This document shows, one piece after another, positions 31,360 through 41,348 of a DNA stretch of 64,000 nt; positions within the stretch are counted from its first letter, which is position 1, and every line of letters begins with the position of its first letter. The stretch is taken from assembly GCF_000142905.1 (NCBI RefSeq), contig NW_013657644.1, forward strand, positions 239,697 to 303,696, written 5' to 3'. This stretch comes from Thecamonas trahens ATCC 50062 (Eukaryota; Protista; Apusomonadida). Below the pieces are notes generated by a model that made no database searches, had not been told where the DNA came from, and saw only the letters and a program-made list of their open reading frames with translations. The position numbers and the translations under genes are program-made.

Positions 31360-34300
31360 ATGACCTTGAGCAGCGGCATCGCGAGCGGACCACACCTTGG
31401 CTGGCTCCACGAACCGTGCTTCAACCCCAGCCACGCTCCATGGCTTCGTGGCGGGTCGTCGCGAGCGTGCTACGAGTGCTGCCTGGAGGCGGTGGTGGCG
31501 GCGCTGGGTCCAGGAAAAGGTCGTGGCGATCAAAGCCGCGCCGATCGCGATCTCGCCACTGCGCGGCAGGACGAAGCAGACTTGTCTGTGGCTGGGCATG
31601 GGCTGAGCTGGCTATGCGCAGAAGGCCTCTCGGCCGTGTGCGAGGCGGCAAGCAATGGACGACAGCCTGGGCTGGAGTTGGCACTCGTGGACGCGACTGC
31701 GGGCGCTCTGGTCGCCGGGCTGAGCACGCAGGGCCTGGCGGTGGCGGCTGCGCGTACGTTGGCCCCAGGCGGTGCTGGCTGGCTCGACGCGGTTGTGACC
31801 CAGGTGGCTGACGGTTGGGCAGATGCTGGCGTGCTGGCGGCTGCAAGTGCACTGTGGGTCCTCGGCCGTGGGTTGCGGTTGTGGGCGCCTGTCGCGCGCG
31901 GGCTGGAGCTTGCGGCCGGCGGCGGGATCGGGTTTGGTGCACTGGCCGCAGCATGGGCTCACGGCGAGCTCGACGCCGGGCTCGATGCGGTGCTCGACAG
32001 CGTGCTGGGAGAAGAAGCCGAGTTGGGCAAATGCGGCGATGGATGCGCCTGGCTCCACGAGGTCCTGCTAGAGCTGCTGGTTCCGCTTGCAGTGGTTGAT
32101 TGCACGCCCGGCAATCGGGCGAGGGCAAGCAAGTGCCTAGCGCGGATGCTCGAGGCGAGCCGCCGGCTGGTACCGGCAGGATGCAGTGGTGCGGGCCAGG
32201 AGCTTGTTGGCGCGGTGTGCGCAACCGTGTCGGCTGGTGACTGGGGCCGCGGGGTGGAGCGTGCGGCGACGGCATGGATGGAGGCGTGGATTGAGGCGGC
32301 GCTCTCGCGAGAGGATGCCGGCAGAGCTGGGCCTAGATATGTGGGCTTTGTGGACGCGCTTGCGGACGAGGTCTTTGACGCGCAAAGCCTCGTTTCGGGA
32401 CTTGTTGCCCAACGGCGCGGCGCGCCAGCGGTGGCGGCGACGATGCTGACCCGGCTCGTAGCGAGCCGCGCGGTGGTGTCTCAGGTCCCGCAGCTGCTGC
32501 ATGCGTGCATGTCAGTGGTGTCGTCGCGTGTCAGTCGCGGGTTGCGTCTCGACGACGATGCGGTGCAAGCTGTGCTTGGGCTTGTGGAAGAAATGGCGGC
32601 GCAGCTCGGAGAAGTGGTGAGCACGGCGGTGTGCGAAAGGAGTGGGCGTGTGGTGGCTGCTCTCGTTGATGGGCTTTCTGCGCTTGCCCACGAGTCACGC
32701 GACGGCCTGCTTGCGGCACTGGGCTTGTGGCAAAGCATAGCGAAGTGCGCCGGTGAAGCGCTGATTGAGGTGGGCGCGGAGCTTGTTCTCAGCTGGGCGC
32801 ATCTCATCGAGGCGCTCGTGCGGCTGAAGATTGACGTCCAAGTTGTGGCGGAGCTGGTGGCACTTGCTGCCGCCGCCGCATTGAGCTCGGCGTCGAGCTC
32901 TCTTGCTGTCGGCCGGCTTCTGAATGATCTTGTTCTCCCAGCCCTGGTTGTTAGGCCGGTGATCGAGCTTGTGCTCGAGTCGCTTGCGCCGAGCACGGTG
33001 GCCGAGTTTGTGCATGGACTGGCGACGATTGTGGTGCAGGCATCGGCCAGCGGCGACGGCGCCCGCGGCTGTGTACTTGTGCTGGCTGCCAATTCTTCGG
33101 TTGAGACCGGGGGCGCGGTAGTCACCAAGCTCCGCGACGTGGTGGGTGCACTGCCTGTCGGCGCGGCACATCTTCTAGAGCCGCTTGAGTGCAGCGGATG
33201 CCTGGCGGGTGTGTCGTGCGCAGGCACGCGGCTCGGACCGCGGTTGCAGGCTGTGCTTGGCCTCTTGCTCCGGGCACCGGGCTGGGCGCTGCCGTGCGCG
33301 ACGCACCCCACGGTCGAGCTCAGCAGCGAGTGCGTGGTGTGGCTGGCGAGAATGATCCAGGTTTTGCGCGACGAGCTGTGTGCATGCCTCGGGTCGGCGG
33401 CGGCGCTGGCACGGCTGGTGGGCACGCTCCGGCATCCGCCGTGGGTCATCGCGGCGAGCAGCAAAGCGGGCGGGCTTGTGGCGCGGCTGGCGCTGGTCCT
33501 TGCGGCGGATCCATGTGCTGCAGACGAGTTTGTGCCGAGCCCACCAGAGCTTCGGGTCTTGATGCGGGCGGGCGAGGTCGAGAGTGTGGCACGAGTTGTC
33601 AACGTGCTTAGTCAGTGCGAGGCCGGCCGGCCGGCACTGGTGTGGTTGCTGGCGTGCGACGCCGTGTTTCGGCTGGCCGTCGATGTGGCGGCGCGGGTGG
33701 CGAGGCGGACGCGGCAGGAGATGGCGGCGACTGCGATGTGGCTCCTGAAGACCAAGGGCAATCCAGCAGGTGTGCTCGTGGCGGTCGAGGTTGCAGAGGC
33801 AAGCGTGAGCGGAACCGTGGACATGATCCGCGAGGTTTTTGAGGCGGCACCGGCGCGGAGCGCGGCGTCGCTTGTGGTGCCGCTGGTTTGGCACGCCGGA
33901 CTCTTTGACGCCTACGATGGCGCGAGCTCGACCGGGCTCAGCGTCTCGCGTGCGATGCTTGATGCGTGCTTTAGGGCAGCGGTGTGCGGCGAGGAGCTGT
34001 TTACCGAGCAGGGTGTGTGGGAATCGGTGTTGGCTGTGGCCCGGGCTGCGTCGCAGGCGTGTAGCCTACAGCGCAGCAGCTGCATCGGCGGAGCCCTCGA
34101 GGTGCTAGCGCGGGCAAAGACACTCTTCAAGCTCGAGGCGCACTTGAGTGGGCGGAGCGAGGGCCGTGCGTGCCGAGTCCTGGACGAGATGTTCTGCTCG
34201 TGCGATGTGCGGGCGCAGGTGGCCAGCGTCGGGGCAAGCATCGCGAGCCATGCCGGAGTGATGGCGCAGTACGTGGCAAGCCTGTTTCCGGAGCGAGACA

Positions 34301-34839
34301 CGTTGGGCGAGTTTGAGCTTTGTGTACAGCTTTCGCACGCGGCACGGGAAAGCGGGCTGTGGATGGCGGAGCGGAGCGTGGACGTGCGGCTACTTGCGGT
34401 GGCCGAGGGCCTCGCTGATGATGGCGAGGCGGCGTACGTTGCAGTGGCGGCAACATCGCTGATTGTGCCACGGCTTGAGGCTGTAGCCGACGCGGTGGGT
34501 CTGGGCGTCAAGGTGGCTGTGCTGGAGGCCGTGGTGCGGTTTGAGGCGGCGGCGACCAACATGCGGCTGTTTGGGGTGCCGGCGATGCTGGCGCGGGTGG
34601 CTGCGCGGGGCCGACTCCCTGTCGGGGTCCAGCGGCGGGTAGCTGCGCTGAGCGCGGCGGTGACGGCGTCGGCAAGCGGAATGCGGATGGTGCCGGCGAC
34701 GAGCGGGAGCGAGGGTTTCGGTGATGCCATCTGCACGCCGCTTGCCGTGGTGGTGGCGAGCCCGTGGCGGTACGAGGCTAGCGAGGCGGGGGAGGCGCTG
34801 AGCGAGGAGGCGGCGTCGCCGCGGTTGCTCCAGCAGTAA
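31360..34839 (+). CDS. Large ARM/HEAT-like helical protein, possible MEI1/PRD1 homolog
   Basis: About 1160 aa of Ala/Leu/Val-rich helical sequence. N-terminal H-x-P-W-L...R-x-C-x-x-C-x-L-E motif. Confidence 0.6.
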   Translation: MTLSSGIASGPHLGWLHEPCFNPSHAPWLRGGSSRACYECCLEAVVAALGPGKGRGDQSRADRDLATARQDEADLSVAGHGLSWLCAEGLSAVCEAASNGRQPGLELALVDATAGALVAGLSTQGLAVAAARTLAPGGAGWLDAVVTQVADGWADAGVLAAASALWVLGRGLRLWAPVARGLELAAGGGIGFGALAAAWAHGELDAGLDAVLDSVLGEEAELGKCGDGCAWLHEVLLELLVPLAVVDCTPGNRARASKCLARMLEASRRLVPAGCSGAGQELVGAVCATVSAGDWGRGVERAATAWMEAWIEAALSREDAGRAGPRYVGFVDALADEVFDAQSLVSGLVAQRRGAPAVAATMLTRLVASRAVVSQVPQLLHACMSVVSSRVSRGLRLDDDAVQAVLGLVEEMAAQLGEVVSTAVCERSGRVVAALVDGLSALAHESRDGLLAALGLWQSIAKCAGEALIEVGAELVLSWAHLIEALVRLKIDVQVVAELVALAAAAALSSASSSLAVGRLLNDLVLPALVVRPVIELVLESLAPSTVAEFVHGLATIVVQASASGDGARGCVLVLAANSSVETGGAVVTKLRDVVGALPVGAAHLLEPLECSGCLAGVSCAGTRLGPRLQAVLGLLLRAPGWALPCATHPTVELSSECVVWLARMIQVLRDELCACLGSAAALARLVGTLRHPPWVIAASSKAGGLVARLALVLAADPCAADEFVPSPPELRVLMRAGEVESVARVVNVLSQCEAGRPALVWLLACDAVFRLAVDVAARVARRTRQEMAATAMWLLKTKGNPAGVLVAVEVAEASVSGTVDMIREVFEAAPARSAASLVVPLVWHAGLFDAYDGASSTGLSVSRAMLDACFRAAVCGEELFTEQGVWESVLAVARAASQACSLQRSSCIGGALEVLARAKTLFKLEAHLSGRSEGRACRVLDEMFCSCDVRAQVASVGASIASHAGVMAQYVASLFPERDTLGEFELCVQLSHAARESGLWMAERSVDVRLLAVAEGLADDGEAAYVAVAATSLIVPRLEAVADAVGLGVKVAVLEAVVRFEAAATNMRLFGVPAMLARVAARGRLPVGVQRRVAALSAAVTASASGMRMVPATSGSEGFGDAICTPLAVVVASPWRYEASEAGEALSEEAASPRLLQQ

Positions 34840-34882
34840 ATCGAGTGATGCGCGTGGAAGACTGGGAGGGACGTGGTCGCGT

Positions 34883-36259
34883 TTACGGCTCGGGGTTGTC
34901 GTCCTGGAGGGAGCGGAGGATAGAGCCAAAGATGGCGCGGCGCTTCTGGTGCGAAGTGATGGAGTCCTGTGTGAGGGCAACGAGGGCGTGCTGCAGGTCG
35001 ACTTCACGGCGGGCGTGGAAGCGGGTGAGCTCGGCCTGGAGGCCGGCGGTGATCTCGTCAAAGGCCATCTGGTACTCGCGGGCCTTGTCGTCGAGGGCGT
35101 CGATCTTGGACTCGAGCTTTGCGACGGCAGACTCCTTGCCAGGCTTTTCGCGGGCCTTGTCGAGAGCGGCGCGCTTTGCGTCGCCCGCGGCGACAGTGTC
35201 CTGCCACTTGATGTATGCCTCGGCGCGGGCGACGAGGGCAGCGCGAGCGAGGTATGAGCCGCGAACGTACTCACCGAGGGTGGCGCCAAAGGTCTCAAAG
35301 ACGGAAGTGGAGAGCTCGCGGTCGATGAGCGAGACGCGGTACATGCCGTCGCCGGTGGCGGTGATCCACTGGGCGAGCGGCGGCTGCGAGAGCTCGGCGA
35401 GGCCGGTAGCTTCGTCGGAGAAGCCGTCGAGGACGTCGGCAATGTCGACAAAGACGCGAGCCTGGGCCTTGAGGCCGGAAGCGGTGGCCTTGAGGCCTGC
35501 GGAGAGGTGGTCGAGCTGGTCCTGAGCCATGGAGAACTCGTCGTTCTCCTGCAGGTTGGCGGCGTGGAGGCGGGCCATGGAGAACGAGGTCACCTTGGAG
35601 AAGATGTCGCGGGCGAGGTTCTTGGAGCTCGGCAGCGGGGTTTCGGACTCGAGGAACTCGATGGTGACCGAGGAGCGGGCCAGGCGCGGGTGAGCAGCAA
35701 TGGTCCTCAGGAACTTCTGCAGGCCGCGGCGGCGGTACTGAAGGAAGAAGGCGTCAAACTTGTTGTACTCGCGCTTCTCGGGCAGCGGCGGGATGATGAC
35801 GCCCGGGTAGCGATCGAGGAGCTCGGACTGAAGCCAGAGGAAGTCACGGTAGCGGCGGACGACGGTGAACGAGGTGCCTGCAAACACATCCTCGGTCGTC
35901 TTGGTCGAGACGGCATAGGTGGTGAAGGCGCCAGCGCCCTTGGCACCCTTCTCCTTCGACTTGGCCACCTGGACCTCGATCTCTACATCGGGCACCTCTC
36001 CATCGACCACTCCCCGCGAGTAGGTCCTTGCTCTCCGTGGCGGGGAGACCGACCTCGAGTACGACCGCGAGCGCGAGGGCGAGCGTGACCGTGACCGTGA
36101 CCGAGACCGAGACCGAGACAACGAGCACGAGCGCGAGAGCGATGGTGACCGCGACCGCGAGCGAGACGGAGTTGGAGACCTAGGCCGAGAGCGGGGAGGA
36201 GATGGAGAACGTGACCGGGAGTCACCTCCAGGCGAGATCGACCGGGACCGCGAGTAGCT
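34883..36259 (-). CDS. Sorting nexin (PX-BAR) with an N-terminal RS-rich region; first exon probably in the gap
   Basis: PX domain VVRRYRDFLWL...YPGVIIPPLPEK...RRRGLQKFL...HPRL, followed by a BAR coiled coil ending ELTRFHARREVDL. Acceptor catag| at 36260. Confidence 0.9.
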   Translation of the reverse strand, partial: SYSRSRSISPGGDSRSRSPSPPRSRPRSPTPSRSRSRSPSLSRSCSLSRSRSRSRSRSRSPSRSRSYSRSVSPPRRARTYSRGVVDGEVPDVEIEVQVAKSKEKGAKGAGAFTTYAVSTKTTEDVFAGTSFTVVRRYRDFLWLQSELLDRYPGVIIPPLPEKREYNKFDAFFLQYRRRGLQKFLRTIAAHPRLARSSVTIEFLESETPLPSSKNLARDIFSKVTSFSMARLHAANLQENDEFSMAQDQLDHLSAGLKATASGLKAQARVFVDIADVLDGFSDEATGLAELSQPPLAQWITATGDGMYRVSLIDRELSTSVFETFGATLGEYVRGSYLARAALVARAEAYIKWQDTVAAGDAKRAALDKAREKPGKESAVAKLESKIDALDDKAREYQMAFDEITAGLQAELTRFHARREVDLQHALVALTQDSITSHQKRRAIFGSILRSLQDDNPEP

Positions 36260-36507
36260 CTATGTGTGAAGGTGGTGAGTGGCAGTGGTGGTGACGGTGC
36301 AGGGGCGGGGGNNNNNNNNNNNNNNNNNNNNNNNNNNNNNNNNNNNNNNNNNNNNNNNNNNNNNNNNNNNNNNNNNNNNNNNNNNNNNNNNNNNNNNNNN
36401 NNNNNNNNNNNTCAAAATATTCCCCAAAACAAAAAAAGCCAAAAAAACACATAACAAAAGAAAAAAAGGGGGGGGGGGATTTCCCCCTACAAAACAAAAC
36501 CACGGTC

Positions 36508-39500
36508 ATGATGCAGAGTGGACGCAGCGGACGGAATGAGCGACGGCTGGGAAGAGTCGGACTGACCAAGTGGGTGGCAGAGGTATCTGGCCTGCCGGTG
36601 TCGTCCTTTGCTGACTTGGCGGATGGTCGTGCCTTTCTGGCCATTCTCGCCCATGTCTTTCCCCGTCGGGTCTCGCTTGCGGTCGCTGCAGACAACGCCT
36701 CATCGTCAAAGGGCATTTCAAAGAACTTTGCTCTCATTCGGGAACTCGTTGCCACCGCTCGGATACCCTTTAACGATGCCGATGTCATCCCTCTGCTCAA
36801 TGGCAGCTTCAAGGCAACTCTTGAGTTCCTCCAGGCGCTGCACACAACTTGGCCTGATCTCCCGCCGCGGAGCGCCAGTGCGTCCGGTCCGTCGCAAGCC
36901 GGCGAGGCTCACTCGCCCGCGAAAGCGCTACTGACAGGTTCGCGGGTGGCACGCCGCGGCGGCGCACGTAGACTGCCGCCAGGATCGGCATCGCCCCGCC
37001 GCCCGCGTGGCACCCTCTCGGCACCGGCCCACAAAGGTACCCGCCTGCGGCGTAGACCCGGACGGGCCGGGACGGCGCTGCCGGCGCTGCGCTCGCCGGA
37101 GCGAGCTGTCTCGCGCGCTGAGGGCGAGAAGCAGCCGCTGCTACCGCCGATTGCCCACGCACCTCGCGCGACGTACTCGGCGCCGCGCTCCCGATTCAAC
37201 GCCGCTGTCCGCTGGCTCCTCCAGGCCATTCTCCACACACCGGAGCTGAACGACGTGGCCGCGCCGCATCTTGGCGCGCTCCGCACCGGCCTCCTTGTGG
37301 CTTCGTCCGACGACGCCGGGCGCAACGCCGAGAGCCAGAACCTGCTGCGGTCGGGCGTGGCCTACCGGCTGGGCATGCTCGCGCTGTTTGATGAAGACTT
37401 GCTAGTTGACGACGGCCGCGCGAGCGGTGCGCCCGGCGAGCCCGTCCCCGAGCACGCCGTCGTTGTCCACCGTGCTCTGTTGCGTGCCATCTACGAGCGC
37501 GGCGGCGAGGCCGAGTCGCTCGACCCGCACATCCTTGCCTCAAACAAGCCGTTCTCGCGGTCGGCGCACTCAGCGCTTCTTGCATCGCTCATGGTGCTCT
37601 ACGTCGAAGCTGTCCTCGACCTTGACGCCGTAGTGGACCACGTGCGGACGGTGACGGCCACCTTTGATCCCATATCCGAGGTCCCGTACTCGGCCGAGCA
37701 AGCTGTCCTCATGTGGCTGTCCAAGGCGGCGGCGGCGGCGGCGGAGCACACAGCGTCGCTGGCGGCGAGCTCGGCATCTCTGCCGCAGCCAATCGCGCCT
37801 CCTGCGCCTGTCCGCAACGCGTCAACCGACCTCGCCGACGGCAAGGTCCTCAGCCTCGCCCTGGCCTACTACACGCCGACAGTGGTGCCGGTGTGGAACG
37901 TGGCTACCGGATTGGAGCTGAGCCTCTCGGACGCTTTTGCCAACCTCGAGCTCGTGCGTCAAGGCGCCGATGCGCTCGGCGTGGCTCTCCCGTTTGCACC
38001 CGAGGACATTGTCTACGCCGACGAGGCGCTCGAGCCGCTCATCATGGTCTGGCTGGTCGATGTCTTTGAGGCGGCGGCGGCTCTCGACCCGCGGTCGCGA
38101 CTCTCGTACATCTCGCGGGCGGCGGCGTCACGGACCGGCAGCTCGGTGCGGCTGACGTCCGAGCTCGACGCGCTCGGCTCAGCAACAGCCGTGGTCGTGC
38201 CGTCGCGGCGCGGCCCGCGGATTACCCCGCTCGCCCACGTCGACGACGGCATGGACGACTTTGAGCTGCTGGAGCAGCAGCTGGCTTCCGGCGCTGAGCT
38301 GGATGCAAGCGCCGCCGACGACAGCGAGGGCCAGCTCTCACCCGAGGACGCCCAGCTGCTGGTCAACACCAAGCACAACATGTATGCTCTCGAGCCCGAG
38401 CCGGTCGACGCCGTCGACTGGAGTGCGTCTGAGGACGGCACAGCCACCCCAAGCGAGCGCGAGCCACGAGTCCGCTTTGTCGACGCGCCGCCGTCGCCCG
38501 GCCCGGCGCCGCGCGCAGAGTCGCTGGCTCCGACAGAGCTGCCACCGCTCCAGCGCTCGCCGTCCCCCAAATTGCCACTCCAGCGCTCGCCGTCACCCAG
38601 TACCTCTTCGCCGCCACTGGCTACGTCGACGCCACTGGGCAAGACTGCAGCCGAGGGCAACGAGCACGGCAGCGACGCCGACGAGGCCTGGACACCACGG
38701 CCGACGTCTGCGTCGTCGACGTCGTCGCGGTCATCGCTCACGCTGCTCGACGTGGTCGAGGCGCGCCGCGCGGCGTCGCCGGTGCCCGGCCGGCTGCGAA
38801 CGCCACTTTACTCGCCGCATGCACCGCCGACGTCTCGCCTCGCCGATGAGCGCTCGCCACACGGCTCGCTAGACTTGACCGATGAGGGGCCGTCGTCTGA
38901 CACCGCAGCTGACGCCGAGTCGGCACCGAGCCCAGCGACACCAGCATCGTCGTTTGCTGCCCCACTGTCGCTCCCAGGCGGGTATGCGTCGTCGAGCTCA
39001 TCGTCGGATGGTGGCGAGCGGCCGTACAGCCCCGACGGGCCGCGTGGCCACTACGACGACCCGTTTGATGCCGAGACGCCACGGACGCCGCTTGAGCGGC
39101 CGACGACCGCTCCGTCAGGCTCCCCAAGCCAGAACCAGAGCCAGACGGCTCGGCTTGCGGCGCTGGAGCGGGAGCGAAAGCTGATGCGGATCGAGCTGGA
39201 GCGACAGCGACGTGAGATTGACGAGGCGCGGGCAGCCAAGAAGTTGCAGCGGACGGCTGCACGCAAGCAGGCCGGGCGCCGAGCTGTCTTTGCACACCGC
39301 GAGAGCGCAGCGGGGCAGTCGCGGTCGCCGCTGCAGGCAGCCGCCCTGCCTGTAGCGTCACCTCAACCCGAGCCCGAGCCCGAGCCGGAGTCGCCGGCGC
39401 CACCGACTGCCGCCGAGCTGGAGATCGAGCGGCTGCGCCGCGAAGTCGAGGAGCTCAAGGCCGAGCAGCAGCGACTGCAGGTTGAGCAACTACAGAAGGA

Positions 39501-40695
39501 AGTAGCCTCGCTGCGGGAGCAGGTCTCGAACGCGTCGCAATTGTCGATGTTCTCGTACGCGGCGTCGACAATTGCGTCGCCGCCAGACACCGGACTTGTC
39601 GAGTCGATGCTCTCGGAGCCGGAGCCGTCGTCGCTTCCGCCGTGGTTTCTGGCTCGCGGAAACGAGCGGTCGATGACGGCCGGCCTCCCGCCGCCACCGC
39701 CGCCGCTGGTGGGCACAGGTGCGGCGATAACACCGCCAGTGCCGCATCGCGCACCGCCAGTCGACCGACCCGCCGAGGCGTCCCAACGCCCCGAGCCAGT
39801 GGCAGCCGAGCCGAACGCGACGGTGCTGGACCTGGCGTCAGACTCGGGATCAGACAACGGCGAGTGCGTCGGCGACGAGCAGCATGCGAGTATTGCCCCT
39901 CCCGAGTCGCCGCCGCGCAAGGCCGAGGCGTTTGTGGTTGCAGACGAGGCGGACAACGAGGAGGCGTTACAGGCGCGGCTTGCTGCCAAGCGCGCGGCGA
40001 TGGAGCGGAAGCGCGAGTCGTTTCTGCGTAAGCGCGAGGCGCGTCGGGTGCGGCGTGAGACGAAAGCGGCAGCCAAGGCCGAGGCGGCGGCGCGGGCCAA
40101 GGCGGCCGCCGAAGCGGCAGCCAAGGCCGAGGCAGCGGCAGCGAGCGCCAAAGCGGCGGCGGCGACTCGGCTGGAGGCGCGGCGTGCGGCGCGAACCCGG
40201 ACGACGGCGCCTATTGTAGCGCAGGATCTGAGCGCGCCGCTGCGCGTGGAGCCGGCGCCACTGTCGAATGCGAAAAAGGTGCGCAACGCTATTGTATCGC
40301 GACTGCTCGCAGGATACTCGTCGGCGCCACAGTGCCAGGCGGTGCTGGCGGCGATGGACAAGGCACGCGACGAGTACACCAGCTACTTGCTGCTTGTGGT
40401 GCAGCACCCGCACATCTCGTTCCGGGCGCTGTACGGCTACGACGTGGCAACCGGGCGGGTAGACAAGATTGTGGGCAAGGGGCCGGCGTCGCTGACCAAC
40501 TTTAAGCACATCGGCGGGTTCTTCAAGTACGAGACCGGCTCGCGGTCGTTTGTGCAGCTGCGGACCAAGCACCTCGCGCCGACGGTGGATGCTGTTGTTA
40601 TCCATCCCGACTACCTGCGCAAGCGTAAGCAGGCGCGGATGTTTGCAGCGGCCGGCAGGAGCAGCGGAGCGCAAGCGGGCGCGTCGACACCTTAA
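36508..40695 (+). CDS. CAMSAP: CAMSAP/Patronin family microtubule minus-end protein (CH domains, coiled coils, CKK)
   Basis: C-terminal CKK domain SNAKKVRNAI...FRALYGYD...GKGP...FFKYETGSRSF...TVDAV. CAMSAP CH domain EQAVLMWL...DLADGKVL...YYTP. Confidence 0.88.
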   Translation: MMQSGRSGRNERRLGRVGLTKWVAEVSGLPVSSFADLADGRAFLAILAHVFPRRVSLAVAADNASSSKGISKNFALIRELVATARIPFNDADVIPLLNGSFKATLEFLQALHTTWPDLPPRSASASGPSQAGEAHSPAKALLTGSRVARRGGARRLPPGSASPRRPRGTLSAPAHKGTRLRRRPGRAGTALPALRSPERAVSRAEGEKQPLLPPIAHAPRATYSAPRSRFNAAVRWLLQAILHTPELNDVAAPHLGALRTGLLVASSDDAGRNAESQNLLRSGVAYRLGMLALFDEDLLVDDGRASGAPGEPVPEHAVVVHRALLRAIYERGGEAESLDPHILASNKPFSRSAHSALLASLMVLYVEAVLDLDAVVDHVRTVTATFDPISEVPYSAEQAVLMWLSKAAAAAAEHTASLAASSASLPQPIAPPAPVRNASTDLADGKVLSLALAYYTPTVVPVWNVATGLELSLSDAFANLELVRQGADALGVALPFAPEDIVYADEALEPLIMVWLVDVFEAAAALDPRSRLSYISRAAASRTGSSVRLTSELDALGSATAVVVPSRRGPRITPLAHVDDGMDDFELLEQQLASGAELDASAADDSEGQLSPEDAQLLVNTKHNMYALEPEPVDAVDWSASEDGTATPSEREPRVRFVDAPPSPGPAPRAESLAPTELPPLQRSPSPKLPLQRSPSPSTSSPPLATSTPLGKTAAEGNEHGSDADEAWTPRPTSASSTSSRSSLTLLDVVEARRAASPVPGRLRTPLYSPHAPPTSRLADERSPHGSLDLTDEGPSSDTAADAESAPSPATPASSFAAPLSLPGGYASSSSSSDGGERPYSPDGPRGHYDDPFDAETPRTPLERPTTAPSGSPSQNQSQTARLAALERERKLMRIELERQRREIDEARAAKKLQRTAARKQAGRRAVFAHRESAAGQSRSPLQAAALPVASPQPEPEPEPESPAPPTAAELEIERLRREVEELKAEQQRLQVEQLQKEVASLREQVSNASQLSMFSYAASTIASPPDTGLVESMLSEPEPSSLPPWFLARGNERSMTAGLPPPPPPLVGTGAAITPPVPHRAPPVDRPAEASQRPEPVAAEPNATVLDLASDSGSDNGECVGDEQHASIAPPESPPRKAEAFVVADEADNEEALQARLAAKRAAMERKRESFLRKREARRVRRETKAAAKAEAAARAKAAAEAAAKAEAAAASAKAAAATRLEARRAARTRTTAPIVAQDLSAPLRVEPAPLSNAKKVRNAIVSRLLAGYSSAPQCQAVLAAMDKARDEYTSYLLLVVQHPHISFRALYGYDVATGRVDKIVGKGPASLTNFKHIGGFFKYETGSRSFVQLRTKHLAPTVDAVVIHPDYLRKRKQARMFAAAGRSSGAQAGASTP

Positions 40696-40962
40696 CCCTC
40701 AAGCATCATCGAGTCATTCACTTTGAGACGCGCGACAACGCGTCCGAACGACCATGCCGTTGACTTCCAGGTCACCGGTCGATACTGCGCGACGCCTGCT
40801 TGGCCTGCGGCTTGAGGTGGGAGGCGCGCCCGCACGCGATGGCGGCCGACACGAGACGCCCGCCTGAAGGATGCCCGAGTTGCCGTCGCGGTGACGACGC
40901 CGACGACCGGGAAGGAGACCGTGCCAGAGTTGAACACAGCGGCCAGACGGGCAAGTGGTGGC

Positions 40963-41062
40963 ACGCCATCTTGTACTGGGTTCTGGACGCCGCGTACGTG
41001 CTCTACGCTGACGCCATCTTGTACTGGGTTCTGGACGCCGCGTACGTGCTCTACGCTGACGC
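40963..41062. repeat. Perfect 48-bp tandem duplication
   Basis: acgccatcttgtactgggttctggacgccgcgtacgtgctctacgctg occurs at 40963 and 41011. Confidence 0.95.
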
Positions 41063-41348
41063 GAGCCCACGCCCTGCCATGACTCGCGTGGCTTTTCTCT
41101 ACGACATCATCGACGCCCTCGCCGCCAGCGCCGCGCCGTCGCACAAGCGGAAGCGCACCTCTGCAGCAGCCGGAAGCTTCATGGTAAGCGATCGCGGCCG
41201 CGGACCTTTTGCGCCGCGTGCAGCGTCCATCTCTGCATCGTCGACTGTTTTCTGTTGTGGCCCATCAGTGGCCACAGCAGCCATTAACACATTGTACTAC
41301 TCTGCTACCACGATTGATGGAGGTTGTAAAGGGTTACAGCGTCCAGCA

